DNA from: Macrostomum lignano | Taxonomy: Eukaryota | Direction: 5' to 3' | NCBI GenBank assembly: GCA_002269645.1 | Contig: NIVC01003516.1 | Coordinates: 1 to 64,000, forward strand | Length of the DNA: 64,000 nt | Part shown: one piece after another, positions 38,501-50,500 of the stretch | Layout of the letters: each line of letters opens with the position of its first letter | Numbering within the stretch: the first letter of the stretch is position 1 | The notes under the pieces: model-generated | Seen by the model: the letters and a program-made list of their open reading frames with translations, nothing else | Told to the model about the DNA's origin: nothing | Database searches by the model: none | Translations under genes and position numbers: made by a program

Positions 38501-41500
38501 ATCACCCCAAGAGTGTTGGGCTCCATAAACTTGGTGGTGAATACAGCCATGGCCAAGCCCGCAATGGTGTTGGATTGGACAAATGCGTCCAGTCCGCAAA
38601 TGTCCTTAATCAGGCGGGTGTACTTTAGACAGCCTTCCCGCAAAATTAGCGTGTCCTGCAGGCAATAGTCCAGGTACTCCTTATTGAAATTAAACACTCG
38701 GCCCTCCTGCTTGGCCAGCCAGTCAGCGATGGAGTCGTGCTGCTTATTCTTCTTCCCGCCGTACATATCAATTGAGCAGTAGGGACCTACGTAGCCCCAG
38801 TTTTGTGGCTGATTGAACACGTGCGGGAAATCTCCTTTGGTCAGTTGGGTGCCCAAACCAAGCGCCTTTGGGAATTGCGCCAGACCAATAGGGATAAAGT
38901 TGAGGCTGTCCTTGAACGTGATCTTGTCGCACTTCATGTACATTAGGCGGCTGTTCTGGAAGATCACCTGCGGCTTCTTCTTGGCCAGTCCGTTGAGTAG
39001 GGCGCCGAGCAGGAGGAATGCGTCATACGCAGAGCCATTGTGCGCAATTGCAATTGCCCCCTGCTTGAACACACTAGTCAGCCAGCAGTAAAAGGCATCG
39101 ATAGAGTGCGGCCCGACAGATACAAACTCTCGCATCCCACAGGCACAGTCATTTTGCGAGACACAGCTCGTAAAATCGCGCGCCAAATCGCGTCCCGCAA
39201 TGCAATTGGCTGAGCTGTGCAACCCCCCGCACGCGCCGCAGCGGGGCCTGGGGAAGAGTTTGGGACACGCCTCGCAGGAGGTGGCAGCCGTAACCAAGTG
39301 TACCCGGTGCTGCTTGCCAGAGTCCACGTACGTCTCGAAATCATAGTAAACATACGGGGCGCTAGACTCTTTGGCTTTGGGCGGGGTGACAAAGCACTCG
39401 TGGGTGGCAGTTTCGTCGTACTGCTTGCAGACTGGACACTTGGCGTAACCACACTGATGCTCGGGGGCGTGGCCTACTTTCAGTTCTTCTAGATAGCCAC
39501 ACGTGCCGCAAACGTGGACTGAATCACAGCGAGATCTGCCCGCCTTATTCTTGCGCTTGTGATTCTCTAGGCACTGAGCATTATAGCAATTTAGACCGCA
39601 ATCCTGGCATCTTACATATGCACGGTTGACCTTGCAGTTTGAGCCCGGAGTCTTGCAGGTGCTACAGGCGTCGGCGCACTTGTGCTTGGCGTTGCCGCAA
39701 TCGTAGGCCATCTCGCACTTGGCGCAGTAGTGGTGGCTGCCGAAAAACGCTGACAGCTTGGTGACCACATTGAAGTGCTGCTCAACCAGGTGCAGGTGCA
39801 GAATCTCAGTGCCAGGCAGGTTGAATATGCACGTGTTGGCCTCCTCTGCCCTGTACACTCGTACACCAAAATCGTGGCCTGGATACAGACGGTTCAGGGC
39901 CCGGACCGCCTCGGGCAGAACATCCACCCCAAAAGGACCGGCCTGCGAGACGATTTGATGAGTCTGTGTGGAGGCAAAATATTTATTTTAGTAATCCTTA
40001 TCGTAAAATTTCTTATCAGAAGATATATCTTTTAGTATTCCATGATACTGAGTAAAAATTATATCTTTTAGTATTCCATGATAGTGAAATTCTTATCAGG
40101 AAAATCAGTTCACAACTCACGGTGTAGAGTCCAGCCTCAATTTGCAGCTCAGTTGCCAGCTTAGTCTGCTTGGGCGAATTGGCTCTGATTGTACGCCACA
40201 CCTGCTCGGTGATGCGCTTGGCCACAAATTGCAGGTAGGCGCAGGCCACGACCAGAGCTCGCAGCAGGCATCTCTTGTCCGTGTTGGTGATGCGGACATA
40301 GTGCTTGGAGAAGGCATGCCGCTCCTCTAGATGTTTGTTCTCGAGAGCACATCCACCTCGAGGCACCCAGGCCTTTAGCAGACGGATAGAAAAGTTGCTC
40401 GACAGTACGCTTGCGTCTGACTGCACAATCTTGTCAATGTGCTTAAACAACAACTCTGCTGTCATGCGGGCTGCACGCACCGGAGGAGTGTGGGCTGCTT
40501 TGAGCATATTATCACTCTCGAATTTAGCCGCCATAAAGTCATCACCAGCCAAATCCTGCTTGAAAACTTCGAGCATGCTGGCAAATGTCTCGCGTAAATC
40601 TTCGGTGTCATCTAGCTTTACCACATACTCAACACCCTTTGCCCTAAACTTGGGCAGGTCGCGCTGATTATCCAGCCGGGCCGTAAAACCTGTAGGGGGA
40701 ATGAAGGGGGAGTGTGAGTCAGCCCGGATCTGCCTGGGGAATAGGGGGGTTGGATAACTCACCCGGTCCGGTAACAGATTCAGGTTGGGCAGGCGGGACA
40801 AACGCGTCTGAAAAAACACAAGGAGATAAAAAACCAGAAGAATCTGTCAATTCGTGGCACCCCAGGATCAGACTCCAACCGACTCATTGTTCACGCTCCC
40901 CCCTTGCGCTCAGGCCCTCTCACCGACACGCTCTGCAATTTTTTTAACCCCAGCCCGCAGCTGTTATCCAGCCCGGCCCGGCTCATTGTTAGCGCTACCT
41001 CTCGCACGCATGCCCCCCTGCCGAGACGAATCTGCAATTTTTTAACCCTAGCCGCATCCGGCCTGGCTCATTGTTTGCGCTACCCCTCCCGCACAAGCCC
41101 TGCTGCTGAAACGCTCTGCAATTTTTTTAACCCCAGCCGCATCCCGCCTGGCTCTTTGTTTGCGCTACCCCTCGCACGCATGCCCTGCTGCTGAAACGCT
41201 CTGCAATTTTTTTAACCCCAGCCCGCATCCTGCCTGGTTCTTTGTTTTCGCCCCCTCTCTACTCAAACTCGCATGCCCTGTCGCAGCACTCTGAATTTCC
41301 GCATGCTCCTGCAGCTGTCAGAGCGCCCACCACTTTTTATCTGGCCTGGCTCTTTGTTTGCGCTCACGCATAACCCCTCGCACGCAAGCCCTCCTGTTGA
41401 AATGCTCTGCAATTTTTTTAACCCTAGCCGCATCCGGCCTGCTCTTTGTTTGCGCCCCCTCCCTACTCAAACTCGTAAGCTCCCTGTCGCAGCACTCTGA

Positions 41501-44500
41501 ATTCTATAGCCCGCATGCGCCTGAAGCTGTCACAGCGGAAAACCCCTCAACTCTTTGTTAGCCCCCGCCTGTCTAGTCTGCTCTTATCAACTCTCTATCG
41601 CGCCCCTCTTGCTCCTGCCCCTGCCAATTCATAGAAGCTCCCTGCTGCAGCAACTCAAAACCCGTCTAGACTGATATACAACCGGATAGAAATTAATTAA
41701 AACTTACCATAAAGACGTTGCCTCTTGTCAGCCAGGAAAGTGGTCGATGCTGCGCTGCGTTTAGCCATTTTGCATACAGAGAGAAGGATTATCTCTCTAC
41801 CCCTGTTCTAGGGTTCCGAATATATACTAAAAACCTGCTTAGCTCGTCTATTATTGGCCAAATCACCAAAAAACCAACCAGAATCACTCAAAATCACCCC
41901 CAAAATCACACCCTCCCACCCTCCATCTGGGGTATATAAAGCGCTGCGCGGCTGTCGGAGAGCTCTCTGCTGCTGCTGCTAATCATGTCTTCTTCTATCG
42001 CTCTATACGAAAACTTTGTGGCGCGGAAGCCCACATTTGAAACGGAGCATGACTTAATTGAAATCCGTCGGCTCTACACCGACGAAGCTGGAGTGTGGAA
42101 GGACGGCTTCCCAGCAATCTATTTAAGCGAGGTCGAGTGGAAGAAGCTCGAAGCTGCACGCCCTGACCTGGAGGCTGCGGCACGTCTTCACGTGGACAAG
42201 AGAGTCGTGTTGGGCAGCTTCAAGGCAGCAGAAGCTTCACAGGGGAGGATTCGTTTGCGGCGCAATTGGCTTAATCGGGATCCAAAGTTCAATTGGCGCT
42301 ACACAATTGAATTCACGCCGGAACTGTGGCGCCGGATGTTTGCCGCCCGTTTGGGCAAGCTCTTCAAACCCAAGGCCCCGCCGCCAGCCAAACGAGCCAG
42401 GACCGAGACCTCTCCGGTAGCCAGGACTGAGGAGGAGGAAGAAAATCTCCAGGTTGCGGGTCTCAAACCCTACCAATCCCCGCCCTGGGAAAATCTGTTT
42501 GACGAGAGTCAGCGCTGGTAGTTCCCTATTGGCTCGCGCCACCCCGCGGGGCTTCCTATATAACTAATCTATCCAGCCTCTAGAGAGCCAAACCCTAATC
42601 CTAGCCCTGATACTATAGTCTGCTGATTCCAACATGTCCCGCCGCCGAGCTCTATCCACCCTCTGGGATAAAAACCGCCCATCTGAAGAATTAGCCTTCC
42701 TCGACGGTGAAATACCCGAACATATAATCCCCATAGGCATAGAAAACGGCGGACTTGACTATCCTGAAAATTGGGGTGCTGATATAGCCTTATCTTGGGC
42801 TTTGTGGGCTATTACCTACGATAGCGACCCGGGGTCTGAGATTTTCGACATCCCGTGGGGTAATAGCTTCGATAGCGACACCGGGTCTGAGATTTTCGAC
42901 CTCCCACCGCTGACTATCGGAGGGGGTGTGAACGCCGCCGCTGCCGACTCTGGTGCCTCTGCCGATGCCGACTCTGCCACCTCTGCCGCCGATGCCGACT
43001 CTGCCGCTGCCGACCCTGGTGTCTCAGCCTCTGCCGCCCCTGCCACCTCTGCCGACTCTGGTGTCTCTGCCTCTGCCACCTCTGCCGCCGATGCCGACTC
43101 TGCCGCTGCCGACTCTGGTGTCTCTGCCTCTGCCGCCTCCAGCCAAGCCTCGATATCATCAGCCACCACGATCCTTCTCTTTGGTGATGAGGAAATGAAT
43201 ATGGCCGAGGAGATCGCCATGGTCCGCGATCGCTTTCGGCGTATTGTGGCCTCCTTTTTTCACCGTGATATCGAGTGGTTGAGGTCTCGCCACCCCGACG
43301 GCCTGCCTCCCCAAGACACCTTTGTCGAGGCCTTTAATCGGGTTCTCGATACTTTGGTGTCGAGGGGGGGCTGACCTACGGGAGGTGTTGGAGGCAGAGA
43401 CACTACATCAAGATTGGTTGATGGGGCGCAATTCGCATGCCTCCGACACTGAGGCATATCTGGCCGGTCCGGGAGCGCGCCCTACTGAGTGGGATGCACC
43501 TATGGTAAGATATTACACTGTATACACAATTCGTCTTATCATATACAAAGCATATATTCTTTCTACATTAATTGTTTTAATTTCCCCATTGCAGTCGGCC
43601 GACTACTGATTCGAGACCCTTGAGGAGGAGGCGGCATGAAACAACACTGAGGAGCGGCTGGAGGTTGACTGGGGTTTGCGGTTTTTTCTCCCTGTACGTG
43701 GTTTAGGGAAACCCCACAGTATACACTGAGTATATTGAGGGGGGGGGGTTAAAAGACTAATTCAGGGAGAAAATTGTCTCCCTTACAGTCTCCCCTGACC
43801 GAGATTCCCCTGTCTGCGCCGCACTTGGGATAATAAAACCTATTTGGAAGCTCCCCTGGGGAGAATTCTCTTTGTATGCGGTCTGCTACCTCCACTGTAC
43901 ATTGGGGCGGTCTCTGTTACTCCTCTCTGCCTGCACTGTACTCCGCTAAGGATCCCCCGGCCCTGGGGAGGAATTGAATTTCTCTATGTTACCCCGCCCG
44001 CACTGTACATTGGGATCCCCCGGCCCTGGCTCTGGGGGCGTGTCTCGAATATCCTGGGCTGGATATTTGACTTTGCACCTACATTATATGCTTAATTTTG
44101 CATGCATATGTTGTATTATACTTAACTTCCAGTGTGTGTATTTTATCCTATGCATTGAAATTTGTGCCTGCGGGTTAACATGCAAAATGTAATGTTTAAA
44201 ATCTGCCTACATTATATGCTATGTAATTTTCCTGTATTATTATACTTGTGTGTATTTCCACCTATGTTTTATTAGCGCTTACAGTACCCGCTTTGTATTA
44301 TTTTGTCTATTTCACCTGCTTTTCTGTCAATATATCAATAATATGCGCCTACGTTGTGTGTTTTTTGCTGCTCATATTCCTATTATGCTCCAATATGTAC
44401 ATTTTAATATGATGCATTATGCATCATTATTCACACCTACCAATATGTTTTTTATACTTTTTATGTAAATATACTCAATTTCACCTACTATAAGTAGTTT

Positions 44501-47500
44501 TCACTAGCCTAATATCATTGACTACATATCGGGAGAGTGTACTGAGGAGAGTGTACACTCAGGGTGCCTGCGGCATGGGAGAGTGTACACTCGGGTGCCT
44601 GCGGCTCGGGAGAGTGTACACTCGGGGTGCCTGCGGCTTGAGAGAGTGGGGCGCCTGCGGCATGGGCGCCTGCTGCTCTGGAGGGAGGGCAAACATATCG
44701 GGGTACATATCGGGAGGGTGGGCATATCGGGGTACATATCGGGAGGGTGCGCCTGCGGCATACATGTCGGTAGGGTCGCCTGCGGCTGGGGAGGGTTGCC
44801 TGCGGCTGGGGAGGGTGTACATGTCGGTAGGGCCGCCTGCGGCTGGCGCCTGGTCGGCGCTCAGCGCCTGGACGGCGCTTGGCGGGCCGCCTGCGGCTGG
44901 CGCCCGGTGGGCGCTCGGCGCCTGGACGGCGCTTGGCGCCACGCGCCGACCAATGAGAGGTGAGGAGGGTTGACACCCACCCCACCTCCAAAAACGCCCG
45001 GATCTGCCGGCCCTTAGTAGTCCAATGCAAAGCCAAAATGCGTATTTAGCTGAGGGTGTCTGGGGTCCTCACAGGTTTTGAGAAAGATGCATGTACTTCC
45101 CATGTACATCAGCAAGGAAGCTTCCAGGCGCGTCGCCACGGGGGGGCAGGGGGAGATGTCCCCCCAGTAAAAGCTCTGGGGGGGACATGCCAATGCTTTG
45201 TCCCCCCCCACCCCACCTTGTGAGTCTTGGTAATCAATAACTTTTCTTCAGGGCGCCAAAATATAGCGCCATTGCTGCCAAAATGAGTGCATGTGGTGCT
45301 AAAATGAGTGCCTGCAGCGCTAAAATGAGTGCCTGGAGCGCTAAAATGAGTGCCTGGAGCGCTAAAATGAGTGCCTGCAGCGCTAAAATGAGTGCCTGGA
45401 GCGCTAAAATGAGTGCCTGCAGCGCTAAAATGAGTGCCTGGAGCGCTAAAATGAGTGCCTGCAGCGCTAAAATGAGTGCCTGGAGCGCTAAAATGAGTGC
45501 CTGTGGCGCTAAAATGAGTGCCTGCGGCGCCAAAATGAGTGCCTGGAGCGCTAAAATGAGTGCCTGCGGCGCTAAAATGAGTGCCTGCGGCGCTAAAATG
45601 AGTGCCCGTGGCGCCAAAATGAGTGCCTGCGGCGCTAAAATGAGTGCCTGCAGCGCTAAAATCAGTGCCTGGAGCGCTAAAATGAGTGCCTGCGGCGCCA
45701 AAATGAGTGCCTGGAGCGCTAAAATGAGTGCCTGCGGCGCTAAAATGAGTGCCTGCGGCGCCAAAATGAGTGCCTGGAGCGCTAAAATGAGTGCCTGCGG
45801 CGCTAAAATGAGTGCCTGCGGCGCTAAAATGAGTGCCCGTGGCGCCAAAATGAGTGCCTGCGGCGCTAAAATGAGTGCCTGCGGCGCCAAAATGAGTGCC
45901 TGCGAAGCTAAAATGAGTGCTTGCGGCGCTAAAATGAGTGCCTGCAGCGCTAAAATGAGTGCCTGGAGCGCTAAAATGAGTGCCTGCAGCGCTAAAATGA
46001 GTGCCTGGAGCGCTAAAATGAGTGCCTGTGGCGCTAAAATGAGTGCCTGCGGCGCCAAAATGAGTGCCTGGAGCGCTAAAATGAGTGCCTGCAGCGCTAA
46101 AATGAGTGCCTGGAGCGCTAAAATGAGTGCCCGTGGCGCCAAAATGAGTGCCTGCGGCGCTAAAATGAGTGCCTGCGGCGCCAAAATGAGTGCCTGCGAA
46201 GCTAAAATGAGTGCTTGCGGCGCTAAAATGAGTGCCTGCAGCGCTAAAATGAGTGCCTGGAGCGCTAAAATGAGTGCCTGGAGCGCTAAAATGAGTGCCT
46301 GCAGCGCTAAAATGAGTGCCTGGAGCGCTAAAATGAGTGCCTGCAGCGCTAAAATGAGTGCCTGGAGCGCTAAAATGAGTGCCTGCAGCGCTAAAATGAG
46401 TGCCTGGAGCGCTAAAATGAGTGCCTGTGGCGCTAAAATGAGTGCCTGCGGCGCCAAAATGAGTGCCTGGAGCGCTAAAATGAGTGCCTGCAGCGCTAAA
46501 ATGAGTGCCTGCGGCGCTAAAATGAGTGCCCGTGGCGCCAAAATGAGTGCCTGCGGCGCTAAAATGAGTGCCTGCAGCGCTAAAATCAGTGCCTGGAGCG
46601 CTAAAATGAGTGCCTGTGGCGCTAAAATGAGTGCCTGTGGCGCTAAAATGAGTGCCTGCAGCGCTAAAATGAGTGCCTGGAGCGCTAAAATGAGTGCCCG
46701 TGGCGCCAAAATGAGTGCCTGCGGCGCTAAAATGAGTGCCTGCGGCGCCAAAATGAGTGCCTGCGAAGCTAAAATGAGTGCTTGCGGCGCTAAAATGAGT
46801 GCCTGCAGCGCTAAAATGAGTGCCTGGAGCGCTAAAATGAGTGCCTGCAGCGCTAAAATGAGTGCCTGGAGCGCTAAAATGAGTGCCTGTGGCGCTAAAA
46901 TGAGTGCCTGCGGCGCCAAAATGAGTGCCTGGAGCGCTAAAATGAGTGCCTGCAGCGCTAAAATGAGTGCCTGGAGCGCTAAAATGAGTGCCCGTGGCGC
47001 CAAAATGAGTGCCTGCGGCGCTAAAATGAGTGCCTGCGGCGCCAAAATGAGTGCCTGCGAAGCTAAAATGAGTGCTTGCGGCGCTAAAATGAGTGCCTGC
47101 GGCGCCAAAATGAGTGCCTGCGAAGCTAAAATGAGTGCCAAAATTTAGTCATGTACATGGTGAATTCGTGGCTTTGTCCCCCCCCCCACCATAAAATCCA
47201 TGGAGACGCCCCTGCTTTAATCGACCTGTGAAGGCAACTTACTTTCCAAGCTCCCTTGACCATCATCAGCCTTTGGCGAGTGGCGGCCGATGCCAGCATT
47301 GTTGACACCCTGGCTAAGCTATTGGGACGCTTGCCAGCCCTGCGCTCTCTGTCTCTGGAGTCAAACGGACCCGTGGCAGATGAAGAAGTCTACGCGGAGC
47401 TGATTCGAGTTGAGAGCAAGTAAGTGCCTGCCAGTTTCCCAAGCAACATACAAGTCTCTACTTTCTCTGTAAGACAGTGTTAACCAACCGCCAATATTCC

Positions 47501-50500
47501 AACCGCCACAAAGCCTCACAAAGCTGCGCCTGCGCTTCAACCAACTTAGCGACAAGGCCGTCTCAGCGATGGCCATCCAGCTGGACGGGCTGCGCGAGAC
47601 GCCGTCGAAGCTGGTGTCGCTCGACCTGTCCTCGAACTGCATCGGCGACGCTGGGGTGGATTCGCTGGTTAAGGTACTCAGACAGATCCTTTCCTGACAT
47701 TCCAGATCCTTTCCTGACATTCCAGATCCTTTCCTGACATTCCAGATCCTTTCCTGACATTCCAGATCCTTTCCTGACATTCCTGATCCTTTCCTGACAT
47801 TCCAGATCCTTTCCTGACATTCCAGATCCTTTCCTGACATTCCAGATCCTTTCCCGATATGCCAGATCCTTTCCCGATATGCCAGATCCTTTCCCAATAT
47901 GCCAGATCCTTTCCCGATATGCCAGATCCTTTCCTGACATTCCAGATCCTTTCCTGACATTCCAGATCCTTTCCTGACATTCCAGATCCTTTCCTGACAT
48001 TCCAGATCCTTTCCCGATATGCCAGATCCTTCCCGATATGCCAGATCCTTTCCCAATATGCCAGATCCTTTCCCAATATGCCAGATCCTTTCCCGATATG
48101 TCAGATCCTTTCCCGATATGCCAGATGCTTTCCCGCTATGCCAGATGCTTTCCCGATATGCCAGATCCTTTCCCAATATGCCAGATCCTTTCCGGGTATG
48201 CCAGATCCTTTCCCAATATGCCAGATCCTTTCCGGATATGCCAGATCCTTTCCCGATATGCCAGATCCTTTCCCAATATGCCAGATCCTTTCCGGATATG
48301 CCAGATCCTTTCCCGATATGCCAGATCCTTTCCTGACATTCCAGATCCTTTCCTGACATTCCAGATCCTTTCCCGATATGCCAGATCCTTTCACAATATG
48401 CCAGATCCTTTCCCAATATGCCAGATCCTTTCCCGATATGCCAGATCCTTTCCGGATATGCCAGATCCTTCCCGATATGCCAGATCCTTTCTGATATGCC
48501 AGATCCTTTCCCAATATGCCAGATGCTTTCCCGATATGCCAGATCCTTCCCGATATGCCAGATCCTTTCCGGATATGCCAGATCCTTTCCCGATATGCCA
48601 GATCCTTTCCCGATGTGTCAGATCCTTTTTCGGATATGCCAGATCCTTTCACAATATGCCAGATCCTTTCCCAATATGCCAGATCCTTTCCCGATATGCC
48701 AGATCCTTTCTGATATGCCAGATCCTTTCCCAATATGCCAGATGCTTTCCCGATATGCCAGATCCTTCCCGATATGCCAACTTTTCTTCAATATCGCTGC
48801 ATTCAGTCTCAAGCGGACTGAACTGCCTCCCGTCTCTTTCTTACCCTGAATCTTCCAATCATGCTAAAGCTTAAAGGTGCAAATACTGAAACACCTGTTC
48901 ACTCGCTCCAGTCTCTGCGCACCAACCGGACCCTGCTGCACCTGTCGCTGAGCAACAACCGCCTGACGGACCGGTCGGCGATCGCCTTGGCCCAGGTGTG
49001 TTCCCGGTTCTTCCTCACCCACGAGGAAACTGTGCAGCGCCGCCGCCTGATGTCCGTTGACTTCCGCTCCGGCACCAGCGTGAGTTCAGCTGTTAATGAA
49101 TTGGCGCCAAATAGCGGCGCTGGTAACCATGGAAACAACGCTGGTTTAACTGCATCTACAGCTACGCATAACACAAACCATAGTAATAGCCATAGCCACA
49201 ACCACACTGGCGGCACTGCCTCTTCTCATCTGCGTGTTGTAAGTTCACCGACCTCCCCAGGCTTCTAACAAGTGATTTGTCCGAAACCCCGAAAAACTAG
49301 ATAAACAGACCAACATTAAAATAATTTAGTGGCCATTGCTAAACCTGTGATTGCTGTTTTGGAACTCCCGTTGCTATGGTTTGAAGACCCGTTGCTATGG
49401 TTTGAACACCCGTTGCTATGGTTTGAACACCCGTTGCTATGGTTTGAATACCCGTTGCTATGGTTTGAACACCCGTTGCTATGGTTTGGAGACCCGTTGC
49501 TATGGTTTGAACACCCGTTGCTATGGTTTGAAATCTCGTTGCTATGATTCAAAATCTCGTTGCTATGGTTTGAACACACGTTGCTATGGTTTTAAATCTC
49601 GTTGCTACGGTTTGAAGACCCGTTGCTATGGTTTGAATACCCGTTGCTATGGTTTGAACACCCGTTGCTATGGTTTGGAGACCCGTTGCTATGGTTTGAA
49701 CACCCGTTGCTATGGTTTGAAATCTCGTTGCTATGATTCAAAATCTCGTTGCTATGGTTTGAACACACGTTGCTATGGTTTGAAATCTCGTTGCTATGGT
49801 TTGAACACACGTTGCTATGGTTTGAAATCTCGTTGCTACGGTTTGAAGACCCGTTGCTATGGTTTGAACAACCGTTGCTATGATTTGAACACTCCTTGCT
49901 ATGGTTTGAACACCCGTTGCTATGGTTTGAACACCCGTTGCTATGGTTTGGAGACCCGTTGCTATGGTTTGAACACCGTTGCTATGGTTTGAAAACCCGC
50001 TGCTATGGTTTGAAGACCCGTTGATATGGTTTGAACACCCGTTGCTATGGTTTGAAGACCCGTTGATATGCTTTGAACACCCGTTGCTATGGTTTGAACA
50101 CCCGTTGCTATGGTTTGAACACCCGTTGCTATGGCTTAGAGACCCGTTGCTATGGTTTGAAAACCCGCTGCTATGGTTTGAACACACGTTGCTATGGTTT
50201 GAAATCTCGTTGCTACGGTTTGAAGACCCGTTGCTATGGTTTGAATACCCGTTGCTATGGTTTGAACACCCGTTGCTATGGTTTGGAGACCCGTTGCTAT
50301 GGTTTGAACACCCGTTGCTATGGTTTGAAATCTCGTTGCTATGATTCAAAATCTCGTTGCTATGGTTTGAACACACGTTGCTATGGTTTGAAATCTCGTT
50401 GCTATGGTTTGAACACACGTTGCTATGGTTTGAAATCTCGTTGCTACGGTTTGAAGACCCGTTGCTATGGTTTGAACAACTGTTGCTATGATTTGAACAC

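Larger units (their letters stand above)
35322..45021. mobile_element. Polinton/Maverick-related 9.7-kb TIR element with pPolB and no recognisable integrase or capsid genes
   Basis: TSD CCAATG at 35316-35321 and 45022-45027; ends ACTACTAAGG / CCTTAGTAGT; ~1.2-kb TIRs; internal pPolB, PC4-like and orphan genes. Confidence 0.92.

Noticed and set aside
35322-45021. Endogenous bidnavirus, adenovirus or casposon interpretation
   Set aside because: No NS1/SF3 helicase, capsid or Cas1 is recognisable; the 6-bp TSD and polymerase motifs fit a Polinton-related origin better.
45234-47148. 635-aa and 621-aa ORFs (ALILAPQ / AKMSACG repeats)
   Set aside because: Translations of a stop-free 21-bp intronic minisatellite on both strands. 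The same applies to the ORFs in the arrays at 6001-6689, 18464-19032, 47361-48874, 49316-51069, 53833-54393 and 63090-63770.
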